Below, piece by piece: positions 1 through 9,912 of a DNA stretch of 64,000 bases. The translations under genes were made by a program, and so were the position numbers. The notes beneath the pieces were generated by a model. The model did not search any database and was not told the DNA's origin. It saw nothing but the letters and a program-made list of their open reading frames with translations. This DNA is from a bacterium (lineage in GTDB: Bacteria; Electryoneota; Electryoneia; Electryoneales; Electryoneaceae): positions 4,960,001 to 5,024,000 of the forward strand of contig OY769902.1 in NCBI GenBank assembly GCA_963669175.1, given 5' to 3'. How positions within the stretch are numbered: the stretch's first letter is position 1; each line of letters starts with the position of its first letter.

Positions 1-371
1 CCCATACCGCCAAACAGCATATCGAAGAAATCGGAAAAACCACCGAAATCTCCGCCAGCAGTCCCCCGCTGTCGGCCACCGAACCCAAAACCGCCACCCA
101 TATTCCCGAAATCAAAACCGGGCGGGGGCGTAAAATCCTGTCCCTGGCGCCAGTTTGCACCAAGGGCATCATATTTCTTCCGTTTCTGGGGATCTTTCAA
201 TACATCATGCGCTTCCTGGATATCCTTGAACTTATCCTCTGCGCCAGCTTCCTTGTTCACATCAGGATGGTATTTGCGTGCCAATGAACGGTACGCCTTC
301 TGAATCTCATCCTGAGACGCGCTGCGTTTTACCCCAAGTATGTTATAGTAATCCTTGTATTGCACACCCAT
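1..371 (-). CDS. DnaJ-class co-chaperone (CbpA-like), 5' part only; runs off the window
   Basis: Manual translation from ATG at 371: [14 protein letters not shown]...[10 protein letters not shown]...; J-domain HPD motif followed by a G/F-rich region ([13 protein letters not shown]). Confidence 0.93.
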   Translation of the reverse strand, partial: MGVQYKDYYNILGVKRSASQDEIQKAYRSLARKYHPDVNKEAGAEDKFKDIQEAHDVLKDPQKRKKYDALGANWRQGQDFTPPPGFDFGNMGGGFGFGGRQRGTAGGDFGGFSDFFDMLFGGM

Positions 372-576
372 CGTTACCCTCTCGCTCAAACTTTCAAACG
401 CTCAATCACTGACCTTTATGTACAACCAATATAATCGTCTGGTCAAGTGAATTATCCTGCCGTTTGCTATACGTGTTTTCCCTGCAAACAGTTCCCGCTA
501 CTCTTTTTAGATGATTGTACAGCGAAGACGCTCCAGGCCGTGCTCTCGAGGAATACCACTGACTTACTCTCCTGTC

Positions 577-628
577 TTGACAAACAAATTATTTTGCTAT
601 ATCATATACCTAGCGACACAAAGTATAT
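577..628 (+). promoter_or_regulatory. sigma70-type promoter with overlapping putative PadR operator
   Basis: TTGACA(577)-17 nt-TATCAT(600), followed by the palindrome ATATAC-N13-GTATAT (604-628), upstream of padR. Confidence 0.6.
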
Positions 629-715
629 CACACCAGAAAATACTATATTGGAAAAGAATGAAGGATGATGCTTGATTTTGGGGCAATGCTGAGGCATCGA
701 GATTCTCGCTTCCCT

Positions 716-792
716 GACTGTATCAGAATGGAAAAACACTCTCATCCCAGCGAAGGCTGGGATGACAACATCAGTGATTCTGCAACAGCCTG
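716..792. repeat. short MITE/REP-like element, related to 33583-33825
   Basis: Ends GACTGTATCAGAAT...ATTCTGCAACAGCCTG; internal hairpin TCATCCCAGCGAAGGCTGGGATGA. Confidence 0.7.
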
Positions 793-879
793 AACCACAG
801 TGAAAGACAAAGTGAAACATGTAGACGCACAATACGAGAATCGATAGATGGAGTAATAGCAGTGTAGGAAGGAGGTGCC

Positions 880-1233
880 ATGGATGCGATAAGACGAGAA
901 TTAAAGCGTGGCACCATCGAGTTGATTCTCTTGAAGATGCTCGATGGTGAGGAGATGTACGGCTACCAGATTGTATCCACGCTTGAAAAAGAAGGCGGCG
1001 ACTTCTTCAAGGTTAAGGAGGGCACATTGTACCCCGTTCTTTACCGCCTTGAAGATGACGGGTTCATTGAATCGTACCGGGATAATCCAAAGCGTGGAGT
1101 CCCACGTAAGTATTATCGATTAACCGAGAAAGGCCAATCGCATATGGCGGACCTGGTCAATGAATGGAGTGCTTTTGCCAGTGTAGTAAATCGTTTCATC
1201 AGTGGAAAGGAGCAGAAAGATGCGCACTCTTGA
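880..1233 (+). CDS. PadR family transcriptional regulator
   Basis: YGYQI...EGTLYPVLYRLE...RKYYRLTEKG motif; GGAGG RBS. Confidence 0.95.
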   Translation: MDAIRRELKRGTIELILLKMLDGEEMYGYQIVSTLEKEGGDFFKVKEGTLYPVLYRLEDDGFIESYRDNPKRGVPRKYYRLTEKGQSHMADLVNEWSAFASVVNRFISGKEQKDAHS

Positions 1234-2005
1234 TGATTATTTACATGAAGTACGGATGCATCTGGTTGCATCGACTACCGATAAGGAACGATTTCTTGAG
1301 GATTTGCGTGAGCACGCCCTTCAGATGCTTGAAGATGGCCATTCAGAATCCCAGGTCATGGAGAAGCTCGGCCCTCCCGGGGAGATCGCACGTGAATTCA
1401 TGCAGGACCGGAAGGTTCGATACGCTGGGTTCCTGGAACGATTTGTCGCATTTTTCCTTGATATGGGACTCACTTCTGGTGCTGTCACGCTGATCGTATT
1501 TATCATTGGCGGCTTGCCGATTGTTCTGACTGAACCGGCATTGTTCAAGGAAATCCTGACCTTCGGGGCTTCAGAATCTTCTGTTATCCATGTGAATCTG
1601 TTTGAAGCGGCTTTCCTGGGATTATTCATTCTTTCCGGAACTGCGGTCAGTCTTCTCTATTTCCCTGTTTCGGAACATCTCTGGGGCTGGACCTTGGGCA
1701 AACGTGTTCTTGGGTTGAAAGTGATCCAGGATGATGGTGCGCCGTTATCATTGGGTAACGCTTTCATTCGACGTATTCCCTATTACTTCGACTTGCTCGC
1801 CCTGGATGCGGTATTCATCTTCTTTCTGGACAAGAAGCAGCGTGCTTTTGACAGGGTAGCCAAAACGGTCGTGGTTCGTGATGGGGAAACACATGTACTG
1901 GGGATCATCCTGATGATGGTGTGCTTTATCATCTGCACAGCAATTGGTCTTGTCTTGTTCCTGATGCTGGCGGCAATGCCGGAACCTGCAATCACATTCT
2001 TTTAG
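1220..2005 (+). CDS. RDD family membrane protein with N-terminal HAAS-like domain
   Basis: LGPPGEIAREF (HAAS-like); RFVAFFLD, TLGKRVLGLKV, QRAFDRVAKTVVV (RDD); ATG 1220 after AAGGAG; overlaps padR. Confidence 0.88.
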   Translation: MRTLDDYLHEVRMHLVASTTDKERFLEDLREHALQMLEDGHSESQVMEKLGPPGEIAREFMQDRKVRYAGFLERFVAFFLDMGLTSGAVTLIVFIIGGLPIVLTEPALFKEILTFGASESSVIHVNLFEAAFLGLFILSGTAVSLLYFPVSEHLWGWTLGKRVLGLKVIQDDGAPLSLGNAFIRRIPYYFDLLALDAVFIFFLDKKQRAFDRVAKTVVVRDGETHVLGIILMMVCFIICTAIGLVLFLMLAAMPEPAITFF

Positions 2006-2034
2006 ACAGACATTGAAGAAGATCTATCCATTGC

Positions 2035-2059
2035 GGCCGGGTGATGATCCGGCCTTTTT
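2035..2059 (+). terminator. intrinsic terminator
   Basis: GGCCGG-loop-CCGGCC followed by a T run, between convergent genes. Confidence 0.55.
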
Positions 2060-2927
2060 ATATGAATATAATGATGTATTTGAGCCCGATGAAAATCATA
2101 AAGGCAGCCAGTACAAACGCGATCCAGCGCGAAGGTACCCGTTTCTGCAGACCTGCGCCAACGAATGCACCCAACAAACCACCGACACCCATTACAATTC
2201 CCAGCGAGAAATCAGGCATTGTAGAGTAACTGGCGTTCATTCCGGCGAGTTGTATCATTGCCATTCCTGAAACGCCAACAACGGACGAAAAAAAAGTGGC
2301 GAAAAGAGTCGCTCCGGCAGTAGTATATACAGGAAGTCCACAGATCCCTACAAGGAATGCCGATGTAAATACACCTCCCCCAACGCCATAGGCTCCACCA
2401 ATAACCCCGATAAACGCGGAGAAGAGGAACACGATAGGAACCGATACCCGGTAGAACTCCTGTTTAAATTCATACTCTATGGTCAACAATGAAAACCGCC
2501 TGCAGGTTACCTTTCCAGAGTCTTGATCATCACGTAACATTCCTCCGGACTTCTTTGGTTTTCGCAACATCATCAAGGCCAGAACCAGCAGAACAATCCC
2601 GGCGAACAGCTTAAACGTATCCGCTTCAGCAAGGATTGTGATGCGCAGATACAGGCCGATAAGAATTCCTGGGATAGTCCCGGCTGCAAGCACGATGACC
2701 AATGGACCGGTGAGTCGTTTTTCTCTAAGATATCTAACCACACCGCCAGGTGCGGCGATAACATTGTAAAGATGGTTCGTTGCAGTAATATTTGGCGTAA
2801 CAATACCAAGGATAGACACCTGGAAAGGCACGAGCATAAATGCACCAGTCACCCCACCGGTCGAGGCGATCAGTGCAATAAAGAAAGCAGCGAGAAAAGC
2901 CAGACCATGCATTTCCAAAGGAGACAT
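2058..2927 (-). CDS. sulfite exporter TauE/SafE family protein
   Basis: GGVTGAFMLVP and GAYGVGGG repeated motifs; about 8 TM segments. Confidence 0.88.
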   Translation of the reverse strand: MSPLEMHGLAFLAAFFIALIASTGGVTGAFMLVPFQVSILGIVTPNITATNHLYNVIAAPGGVVRYLREKRLTGPLVIVLAAGTIPGILIGLYLRITILAEADTFKLFAGIVLLVLALMMLRKPKKSGGMLRDDQDSGKVTCRRFSLLTIEYEFKQEFYRVSVPIVFLFSAFIGVIGGAYGVGGGVFTSAFLVGICGLPVYTTAGATLFATFFSSVVGVSGMAMIQLAGMNASYSTMPDFSLGIVMGVGGLLGAFVGAGLQKRVPSRWIAFVLAAFMIFIGLKYIIIFI

Positions 2928-3072
2928 GCGCCATCCTGGTTTACTTTTTGATGGACAGGTAGAAGATACGAAATTCTTACGAGAACTTGCAGTATAGAGA
3001 GTTTAGCAGATACCCCGTTTTCCGTGATTTATTTATATTACTGCTGATTTAACGGTAAACACTGGACTGTAC

Positions 3073-3741
3073 ATGCATTGCCCTGTTTGTAAACACGAGA
3101 ACCAAAAAGATGCAATCTTCTGCGTGGCTTGCGGGCAACGATTGCAGGCATATGAGGATAACAGGAATGCTGATCAGGAACCGGCGAAAAGTCTTGAGTT
3201 GAATCAGGATTTTTCCTTCCCATCTTTCCGTAAGTACCACGCACCATTAAACTTCGCTCTATTTTTCTGGCCTGTCCTGATTGGAGTGGTTCTAACTGCG
3301 GTTGGTGTATACCTTGCCGAAATTGACAATGAAGCTTATCTGCAGAATCCAACGCCAGTTCTTTTTATACTGATCCTTGGTATGATAAGCCTGATCTGGG
3401 GGCAAGTTTACTGGTACATCATTATCTATCGAACCTGGACGGTTATTCCACCTGACATTGCCAGGGTAACGCCCGGGAAAGCAGTTGGTTTTCTCCTTAT
3501 TCCGTTCTTTAACCTGTTCTGGATTTTTGTCGCAGTATGGATTGTAACACAGGACATCCAGAAAACAAATCTTCGTGGACCATTCCCCAACCAGGATCTG
3601 GCGCTTTTCGCCTGTATCTTTTCAGTAGTCCCCTATGTCCAGATCATCTCCATTGTGCCTTTAGCCGTTGTTGCCTACCAGTTTTGCCGGTTTTATAACG
3701 CCAATATCAGCCATATTGATAGAATCGATGATGCGATCTGA
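3073..3741 (+). CDS. zinc-ribbon membrane protein (DUF4328-like)
   Basis: CPVC...FCVACG N-terminus; TPGKAVGFLLIPFFNLFW motif. Confidence 0.75.
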   Translation: MHCPVCKHENQKDAIFCVACGQRLQAYEDNRNADQEPAKSLELNQDFSFPSFRKYHAPLNFALFFWPVLIGVVLTAVGVYLAEIDNEAYLQNPTPVLFILILGMISLIWGQVYWYIIIYRTWTVIPPDIARVTPGKAVGFLLIPFFNLFWIFVAVWIVTQDIQKTNLRGPFPNQDLALFACIFSVVPYVQIISIVPLAVVAYQFCRFYNANISHIDRIDDAI

Positions 3742-3867
3742 GATGATCAGGACTGAGATATGAAAGAATATCTTGTCCTGTTTTCCCCAGCTAATCGAAG
3801 CTTGCTTTGTGCTCATTTTCAGTAAACTCACAATCTTCCGCGTTATTTACCCTATTCCAGGAAATAG

Positions 3868-3891
3868 AAAACGGGGTCTGAAAGACCCCGT
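3868..3891 (-). terminator. intrinsic terminator after wzc
   Basis: ACGGGGTCT-GAA-AGACCCCGT stem with an adjacent A run on the + strand. Confidence 0.6.
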
Positions 3892-3921
3892 AACACTTCT
3901 ATGCACTCGAAGAAAACCTGT

Positions 3922-6267
3922 TTAATCTTCAGACTTTGACCGGCGTTTCTTTCGATGGTCAATCTTTGCAGCGTCAGTCTTCTTGCTGTATTCACCGTAG
4001 TAGTACGAATAGTACCGGTACGTTGAATAATATGTGTACGGGCGATAGTAGCGATAGAAGTAATAGTACGCCGTGCCATACCGGTAAGAGATATGGTTCA
4101 TCACAACGCCCATGATTTCGATTCCGATCTTGCGAATCGTGTTGATGGCGTATTCCAAGGTCTTCAGATTGGTATACTCCATCTTGATCAGGATGATGAT
4201 ACCATCCGAATTTTCGCCCAGTGAAATCGGGTCCGTACAGACCAGCAAAGGCGGACTGTCGATAAAGACAATATCATACTCGCTACGCATGAAGTTGACA
4301 AAATCTGTCATCACACGCGACGACACCAGTTCTGCCGGGTTAGGCGGTGAAGAACCGCCGGTAATGATTGTCAGGTTGTTGAAACCGGTATCACGTTTGA
4401 TACTCTCCAGCTCAACGCCTTCCAGCAAATGCTCGGTCAAACCGGGTTTACGAGAAATTTCAAAATAACGATTCAGGGTTGAACGCCGGAGGTCAGAGTC
4501 CACAACGATGGTGTTTACACCACTCTTGGCGAATACGAGACCCATGTTTGCTGTAGTAAGACTCTTCCCTTCACCAACACCGGGACTGGTAACGACGAAA
4601 ACATTCTTCCCCTGGTCAGTAGCAGCAAACTGAAGACTGATTTTCAGGGAACGATAAGCCTCGGCGATATAGGACTTCTGAGACTCATAGATCAGCATAT
4701 CTCGTCCACGAGTCTCCTCTGTCTTTCCGACACCACCAGTCTTCCCGCCTTTGTTACTAAAGAAGGGGAATACGGGGATCGCCCCCAGCGTGTTCACGCC
4801 AAGCTTTCTGATATCGTTTTCATCTTTTACCGTATTGTCAAAGAAATCAATGATACCAGACAAAATGATGCCCAAGACAATCGAAAAGGCAAAGCCGATC
4901 ATAATGAAAGCAATCTTCTTTTCCTTGATTGGTTGCTTGGGATATTCGGGTGAATCGATAATCTTCACACCGCCCTGTTCACCGGCAATGGTAATCCTTA
5001 TTTCTTCACGTTTTTCGACCAGGATATCTGCCGTCCGTTGTACAACTTCCTTTGTGCGTTTCAGTCGTGAATACTCAAGGATTTTTTTCGGAAGCTCTGG
5101 GTGATCTTCCCAGAAACGATCGATTTGAATCTGGTAATAGTCTACCTGGTTCTGAAGCTCCATCGCTGCTAAATATGCGCTTTGCAGCTCCTTGTTCAAG
5201 GAGGTCAGCGACACCATGAAATTCATGTCACTGGATGAGAATTTTTCACTGGAAGAAGGACCAGTAGTAGTCTGAATTATCTGGTTCAACAAGTCTTGAC
5301 GTTGTTCTTCCAATACCTGAATTCGGGTTTTATCAGCATCTGAATCTTTGAGCTTTGCAAGTTCAGCTTTAATAGAATCCAGCGATGTCTGAATGGAAAG
5401 CATCTGCCCCTGGATTTGGTCAGTCTGCACACTCCGACTAAGGTCGTTCATCACCTGTTCGATTTGTGAATTGTAGGTTTTGATATCAATCTGAACCATT
5501 TCCAAGCGCGCGAGCACTTCATAATGCTCGTTTTCAAGTTTATGGAGTTCTGACGTGAGATTGCTGTTTTCGCTTGCGAGGGTAAATTTGTTATTGGCCA
5601 GGAAAGACTGCAGTTCCTGCTCTGCCTGTTCCAGTTTACGGTTAATCTGCTCAATCTGCGTTTCAATGAAATTCAGAATTTTATTGCCATCCTCACGTTC
5701 CAGATCAATACAGCGAGAATGATATTCCTCTGTTGCAATTACAGTTGCCCGGTAGGTTAAATTGGGATCAGGGTAGTGAACCTGAATCATTATAAATTCA
5801 CGCTCGCGAGGATTCCCGGTTAACTGAATCGCCCCCACAACAGCTCCAATAGTGTCGGGATCCAGATTAGGAAACTCTCTGGTCAGACGTGTTCGAACAT
5901 TCCGCTTAAATTCGAAGCTATTTCCAATCGTTTCGTAGTATTGACGGCTCTTGATCGTCGGCGAATAGTACATTCCAGAAATTATTGTTCCCGGATTCTG
6001 ATACATGCCAAAGTCAACGGTCGAAATCATCAACTTGGCGGATGACTGATACAGAGGCACTCTCGAGAATAATACAAACGTCAGCGGAATAAGAACCAGC
6101 AGGATTACCATCATGATAATCCACGGTCGTTTGATTACCGCGAAAAAGAGAGAAAGCATGAATAATGGAAGAGTCGTCTCTATCTGACTTCCTGATCCAT
6201 CAGAGGAGTTATTAACGAAATCCTCTGGTTCAAACGACTGCATTGTCTGTAAATGGTTGAGGTTCAT
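3922..6267 (-). CDS. wzc: polysaccharide co-polymerase/BY-kinase (Wzc/GumC family)
   Basis: Two TM segments flanking a coiled coil; AEAYRSLK, Walker A GVGEGKS, DSDLRR, DSPP; C-terminal Tyr cluster. Confidence 0.93.
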   Translation of the reverse strand: MNLNHLQTMQSFEPEDFVNNSSDGSGSQIETTLPLFMLSLFFAVIKRPWIIMMVILLVLIPLTFVLFSRVPLYQSSAKLMISTVDFGMYQNPGTIISGMYYSPTIKSRQYYETIGNSFEFKRNVRTRLTREFPNLDPDTIGAVVGAIQLTGNPREREFIMIQVHYPDPNLTYRATVIATEEYHSRCIDLEREDGNKILNFIETQIEQINRKLEQAEQELQSFLANNKFTLASENSNLTSELHKLENEHYEVLARLEMVQIDIKTYNSQIEQVMNDLSRSVQTDQIQGQMLSIQTSLDSIKAELAKLKDSDADKTRIQVLEEQRQDLLNQIIQTTTGPSSSEKFSSSDMNFMVSLTSLNKELQSAYLAAMELQNQVDYYQIQIDRFWEDHPELPKKILEYSRLKRTKEVVQRTADILVEKREEIRITIAGEQGGVKIIDSPEYPKQPIKEKKIAFIMIGFAFSIVLGIILSGIIDFFDNTVKDENDIRKLGVNTLGAIPVFPFFSNKGGKTGGVGKTEETRGRDMLIYESQKSYIAEAYRSLKISLQFAATDQGKNVFVVTSPGVGEGKSLTTANMGLVFAKSGVNTIVVDSDLRRSTLNRYFEISRKPGLTEHLLEGVELESIKRDTGFNNLTIITGGSSPPNPAELVSSRVMTDFVNFMRSEYDIVFIDSPPLLVCTDPISLGENSDGIIILIKMEYTNLKTLEYAINTIRKIGIEIMGVVMNHISYRYGTAYYYFYRYYRPYTYYSTYRYYSYYYGEYSKKTDAAKIDHRKKRRSKSED

Positions 6268-6288
6268 GAACCTGCCTTTTTAAAGCTT

Positions 6289-7197
6289 CTACTGTTCCTT
6301 GAGGAATAGATAGATGGTGATACTTGCTGTAATTATCTGCAAGAAACGTGTCCAGGTTTCCAGTGTTTTCCAACTGGGGATAGTTGGTACATATACGATA
6401 TCACCCTCAACAATAATGGGCAGTTCATCAAATGAAGCTTTCTTGTATATTTTCTTGAAATTGTAGACATCTCGAAAATACATATTATCTCGTTTGCTAT
6501 AGACAATCACATTTGTAATATCCGAAGCACCGGAAAATCCGCCTGCGCGATAGATGAAATCCAGGAGATTCTCCTGTTCATTGATTTGATAAAATCCCGG
6601 TTTGTTTACCTGTCCGAAAACACGAACGGACTGATCACCGTCAAGGTACCCAACAACAACGATATCGCCATATTCATAAGCAAAGTCTGTCAGCTCATCA
6701 TCCAGAAATAGAAAATCATTCTTTTCGAGTCTTATCATGGAATAGTCACCACCGGCATCCTTCCTGAAAACAATAACTTCATCGAAGTTGGCGGTTTCAG
6801 AAAATCCCCCAGCATAAGAGAAGAGCAAGCCCGGATGCACATTCGATGGCATCAGAACCAGACCAGGCTCATTGACTTGCCCCAGGACCTGAACCTGAAT
6901 GATCCGTTCCCTTGAGATATTGACAAAGAAAATCGGACGCTCGACATATCTTGACAGCAGTGGCGACAGCAACGCATTAAACTGAGTCATCGTCAAACCA
7001 TCAACTGGTACACTGGCCATCAATGGATAGTCTATAAATCCATTTTCGCCAACCGTGTATGCGCCTGATAGTTCTCCGTGTTCCAGAACAGTAATGCGAA
7101 TCAGAGAACCGGGTTCCAGAACCTGTTCCGCACTGAATAGAGAAACTGGTCCCAAGACTATCAGGACCAGGGCAATAAGCAACTTAGATCGGTACAT
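6289..7197 (-). CDS. polysaccharide export protein (Wza/Poly_export + SLBB)
   Basis: VGENGFIDYPLMASVPVDGLT; two SLBB repeats (VLGQVNEPG, VFGQVNKPG); directly upstream of wzc. Confidence 0.88.
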   Translation of the reverse strand: MYRSKLLIALVLIVLGPVSLFSAEQVLEPGSLIRITVLEHGELSGAYTVGENGFIDYPLMASVPVDGLTMTQFNALLSPLLSRYVERPIFFVNISRERIIQVQVLGQVNEPGLVLMPSNVHPGLLFSYAGGFSETANFDEVIVFRKDAGGDYSMIRLEKNDFLFLDDELTDFAYEYGDIVVVGYLDGDQSVRVFGQVNKPGFYQINEQENLLDFIYRAGGFSGASDITNVIVYSKRDNMYFRDVYNFKKIYKKASFDELPIIVEGDIVYVPTIPSWKTLETWTRFLQIITASITIYLFLKEQ

Positions 7198-7216
7198 GTT
7201 TTTCCCGATTTATAAA

Positions 7217-8197
7217 CTAACGTACAAAAACCAGTTTTTGGGTCGAATTTTCATGCTGGGTATTTACATGAATAAAGTAAACACCAGCTGCAAAATCTTC
7301 AGGTTGCCACGAGAATTTCTGAATCCCGGAACGAAACATTCCGTTGTACAATACAGATACTTCTCTGCCCATCACATCATATACGGTCAGAGAACCAATT
7401 TGCGATACAGGGCTGTTCACCGTAATAATTGTCTGACTGTTAAATGGATTAGGATAGCCAGAGACCAACACCGTAGATGAAGGAATAGCAAGCTGATCTC
7501 TATCTTCAACTACCGAGCCTTCACCTGTTACAATGATATCATCGGCAGAAGTCTCAGCTATTTCATCAAAATTGAACAAGTATATCCCGAAAAAGCCATT
7601 ACTGAATGTGCTATCCGTCACAGGACACCCCGGGAGAAGAGCTTCGTCCCAATAGGCTGACAGTTCAGCGCCCTCGCACTCGAGTCCCAGCTTATGCCAA
7701 CCGGATTCCTCTGGGATTCCTCCCGGGAATGTATCTTCATCCCAGACAATAATATCATCTCCATAGCCACTCTCGCCCGGGAATACACGCAATTCCAGTT
7801 TTGGAGTTGCCGGAGGCATCCCGCCAGAATTGAAATTGGTACGCAGATAATAATAATGATAAACGCCGCCGGTCGTATCCATACGAGCAACAATACCATG
7901 ACGTGTGCCTTCACCGACAGTCACATACATCCACATCTCAACCTTATAATCCGTCAGTGCGGCAGAACCTGCCAATGCAGTTCCAACCATCTGGTTTTCA
8001 TTTGTTAATGTGCCAACCCAATTGTCGCCGGAGGGATTTGAGTCAAGATAGTTTGCCCGTAACTCATCCCCTTCAGGCCAGGGGGTAAACCAGTCAAGTG
8101 TCAGAGAACCGTCTGTAAAGTGTTCTTCGTAAAGCACTTCCGAAAAAGCTGAGAACGCTAAACATACCACTAAGAGAACCGCAATTCCAATTTTCAC
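7217..8197 (-). CDS. secreted ConA/DUF1080-like beta-sandwich protein with T9SS type A sorting domain
   Basis: Signal peptide; GWHKLGLECEG...GFFGIY pattern; C-terminal YPNPFN...GVYFI...QKLVFVR; GTG start at 8197 after GGAGG. Confidence 0.78.
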   Translation of the reverse strand: MKIGIAVLLVVCLAFSAFSEVLYEEHFTDGSLTLDWFTPWPEGDELRANYLDSNPSGDNWVGTLTNENQMVGTALAGSAALTDYKVEMWMYVTVGEGTRHGIVARMDTTGGVYHYYYLRTNFNSGGMPPATPKLELRVFPGESGYGDDIIVWDEDTFPGGIPEESGWHKLGLECEGAELSAYWDEALLPGCPVTDSTFSNGFFGIYLFNFDEIAETSADDIIVTGEGSVVEDRDQLAIPSSTVLVSGYPNPFNSQTIITVNSPVSQIGSLTVYDVMGREVSVLYNGMFRSGIQKFSWQPEDFAAGVYFIHVNTQHENSTQKLVFVR

Positions 8198-8440
8198 AAT
8201 AACCTCCAAGGGTTCGGTCTCCATCCGGCCCGCCCACAGGTGTAGCAAAACAACTTACTGTAGAATGGATTATCAGTCAATAAACGTCAGGTAGATGTTA
8301 CTCCTGTTTCCTGGAGCCTGTTTCTATTAAACCACATTAAACCACCTCCCCGGATCGGCGTCCTATGGCTGAGAAAAGAAACAACGGCGAAACCGAAAAC
8401 AACTACTGTTTGATACAAGATAAAACGAAAGGAGTAAAAG

Positions 8441-9058
8441 ATGATTTCGCTGAAAAAAAACCGGGTTATTGTATTAACCACACTCGTAGCAGCAGGCCTG
8501 ATGCTTACCGGCCAGATACTTTTTGCCCAGCCTGGACAAGGACGTGGACAGGGACGTGGCATGGGACGCGGTATGGGTCAAGGAGCCGGTGGTGGCTGCA
8601 TGGCTGCTTTTGAACTTGACCTCACAGATTCACAGATCGAGAAACTGGCACAGCTGCGGTCAGACCTCTTCAAAGAAGAGCTTCCATTGTTACGTCAGCG
8701 TTGGGAGAAAATGGAAGCAATGCAGGAACTGATGGAGTCCGAAAGCCAGGACAGAACCAAGATCGAAAACCTGCACGTGGAAATCGTTGAACTGAATGCC
8801 AAGCTGGAACGCACTCGTGCCGATGCGTCCGAAAAAGCCCTGAAGGTGTTGACAGAAGATCAACGCCGTGAACTTGGAAACCGCCCGATTCCAATCTTTG
8901 ATCAACCCGGTCTGGGCGGTGGGCCTGGAAATGGTGGCCCCGGTTTTGGTTCTGGTAGAGGCCAGGGTCAACGCTGGAACGACAGCCCTCCCTGCATGGA
9001 TTCTGACGGCTCCCTCCCCGATGATCGTCCACGCTACTGGCGTCGTAACAACCGGTAA
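8441..9058 (+). CDS. Spy/CpxP-family periplasmic protein
   Basis: Signal peptide, Gly/Met-rich segment, LDLTDSQ and VLTEDQR (LTxxQ) motifs. Confidence 0.85.
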   Translation: MISLKKNRVIVLTTLVAAGLMLTGQILFAQPGQGRGQGRGMGRGMGQGAGGGCMAAFELDLTDSQIEKLAQLRSDLFKEELPLLRQRWEKMEAMQELMESESQDRTKIENLHVEIVELNAKLERTRADASEKALKVLTEDQRRELGNRPIPIFDQPGLGGGPGNGGPGFGSGRGQGQRWNDSPPCMDSDGSLPDDRPRYWRRNNR

Positions 9059-9075
9059 CACCGTTCCTCTTAAAC

Positions 9076-9107
9076 ACAAAGGGTTCATCCACGGATGAAC
9101 CCTTTGT
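9076..9107. terminator. bidirectional terminator
   Basis: 15-bp inverted repeat ACAAAGGGTTCATCC/GGATGAACCCTTTGT between convergent genes. Confidence 0.7.
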
Positions 9108-9128
9108 AGTTTTATCCTTTTCCACTCA

Positions 9129-9701
9129 TCACTTCTGCTTCGGGGGACGGAACAGGTAAATCACACCAACCTTGATCTGGGCAATGTCAGGAATGAAAGA
9201 GTATTTCACTTCCAGCCCGGTTTGCGGATTAAACATATAACCCAATCCCACATCCACACCGGTATTCGTACCCTCAGCGCTGGTTTCAAGAGTACCTGCT
9301 GCATCTTCCAACTCATACTTCAGCGTGTACATGTTGATACTGACACCCAACAATCCATAGAATTCTTTGGTAAAGAAATAATTCGACTCCGCTTCCACGA
9401 AGATATCATACAGCATGGTTTTCTGGGTATAATCCGAGTTGAAATAGACGATATCATCTTCACGCGGCATGAAATAACCATACCCGGCCGTGATCTTTGT
9501 ATTGATATTGGGTTGCACTTGGTACGTCAACGAAAAACCAAGATGGCCTCCCATCATCATCCTGCTCTCTTCAACCATATCATCATAAGTGGCTGTCGCA
9601 AAACCACCTGCCAGCCCAAAACCAACTTCGCTCGGGTCGAACTGGGCTGCCGTAGCGCCTGAAACAACCAGCAGCACCAACACCCATCTCCACATCTTCA
9701 T
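9129..9701 (-). CDS. outer-membrane beta-barrel protein (porin/OmpA-TM-like)
   Basis: Signal peptide MKMWRWVLVLL; alternating beta-strand pattern ending GVIYLF; GGAGG RBS. Confidence 0.75.
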   Translation of the reverse strand: MKMWRWVLVLLVVSGATAAQFDPSEVGFGLAGGFATATYDDMVEESRMMMGGHLGFSLTYQVQPNINTKITAGYGYFMPREDDIVYFNSDYTQKTMLYDIFVEAESNYFFTKEFYGLLGVSINMYTLKYELEDAAGTLETSAEGTNTGVDVGLGYMFNPQTGLEVKYSFIPDIAQIKVGVIYLFRPPKQK

Positions 9702-9912
9702 CTTGCCTCCGTTTTGTTGCCCACCAAACGAATATACAGCTCGATTGTTTCGCGATGCTGTGACCGAGAGTACCTGTGCCTGTCGTTGAATTTGTACCAC
9801 CCAAGCCTTTACTTCTGGAAATCATCTAATTGGATAATTCATAGTTCTCTTTGCCCCATTTTAGCGATACATTCATTCGACACACTCGTGCGGCTCGGGT
9901 AACACACTACCT

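Noticed and set aside
602-832. Small ORFs containing VIPAFAGM, and the look-alike ORFs at 28851-29042 and 54099-54353
   Set aside because: They are translations of palindromic repeats, not genes.
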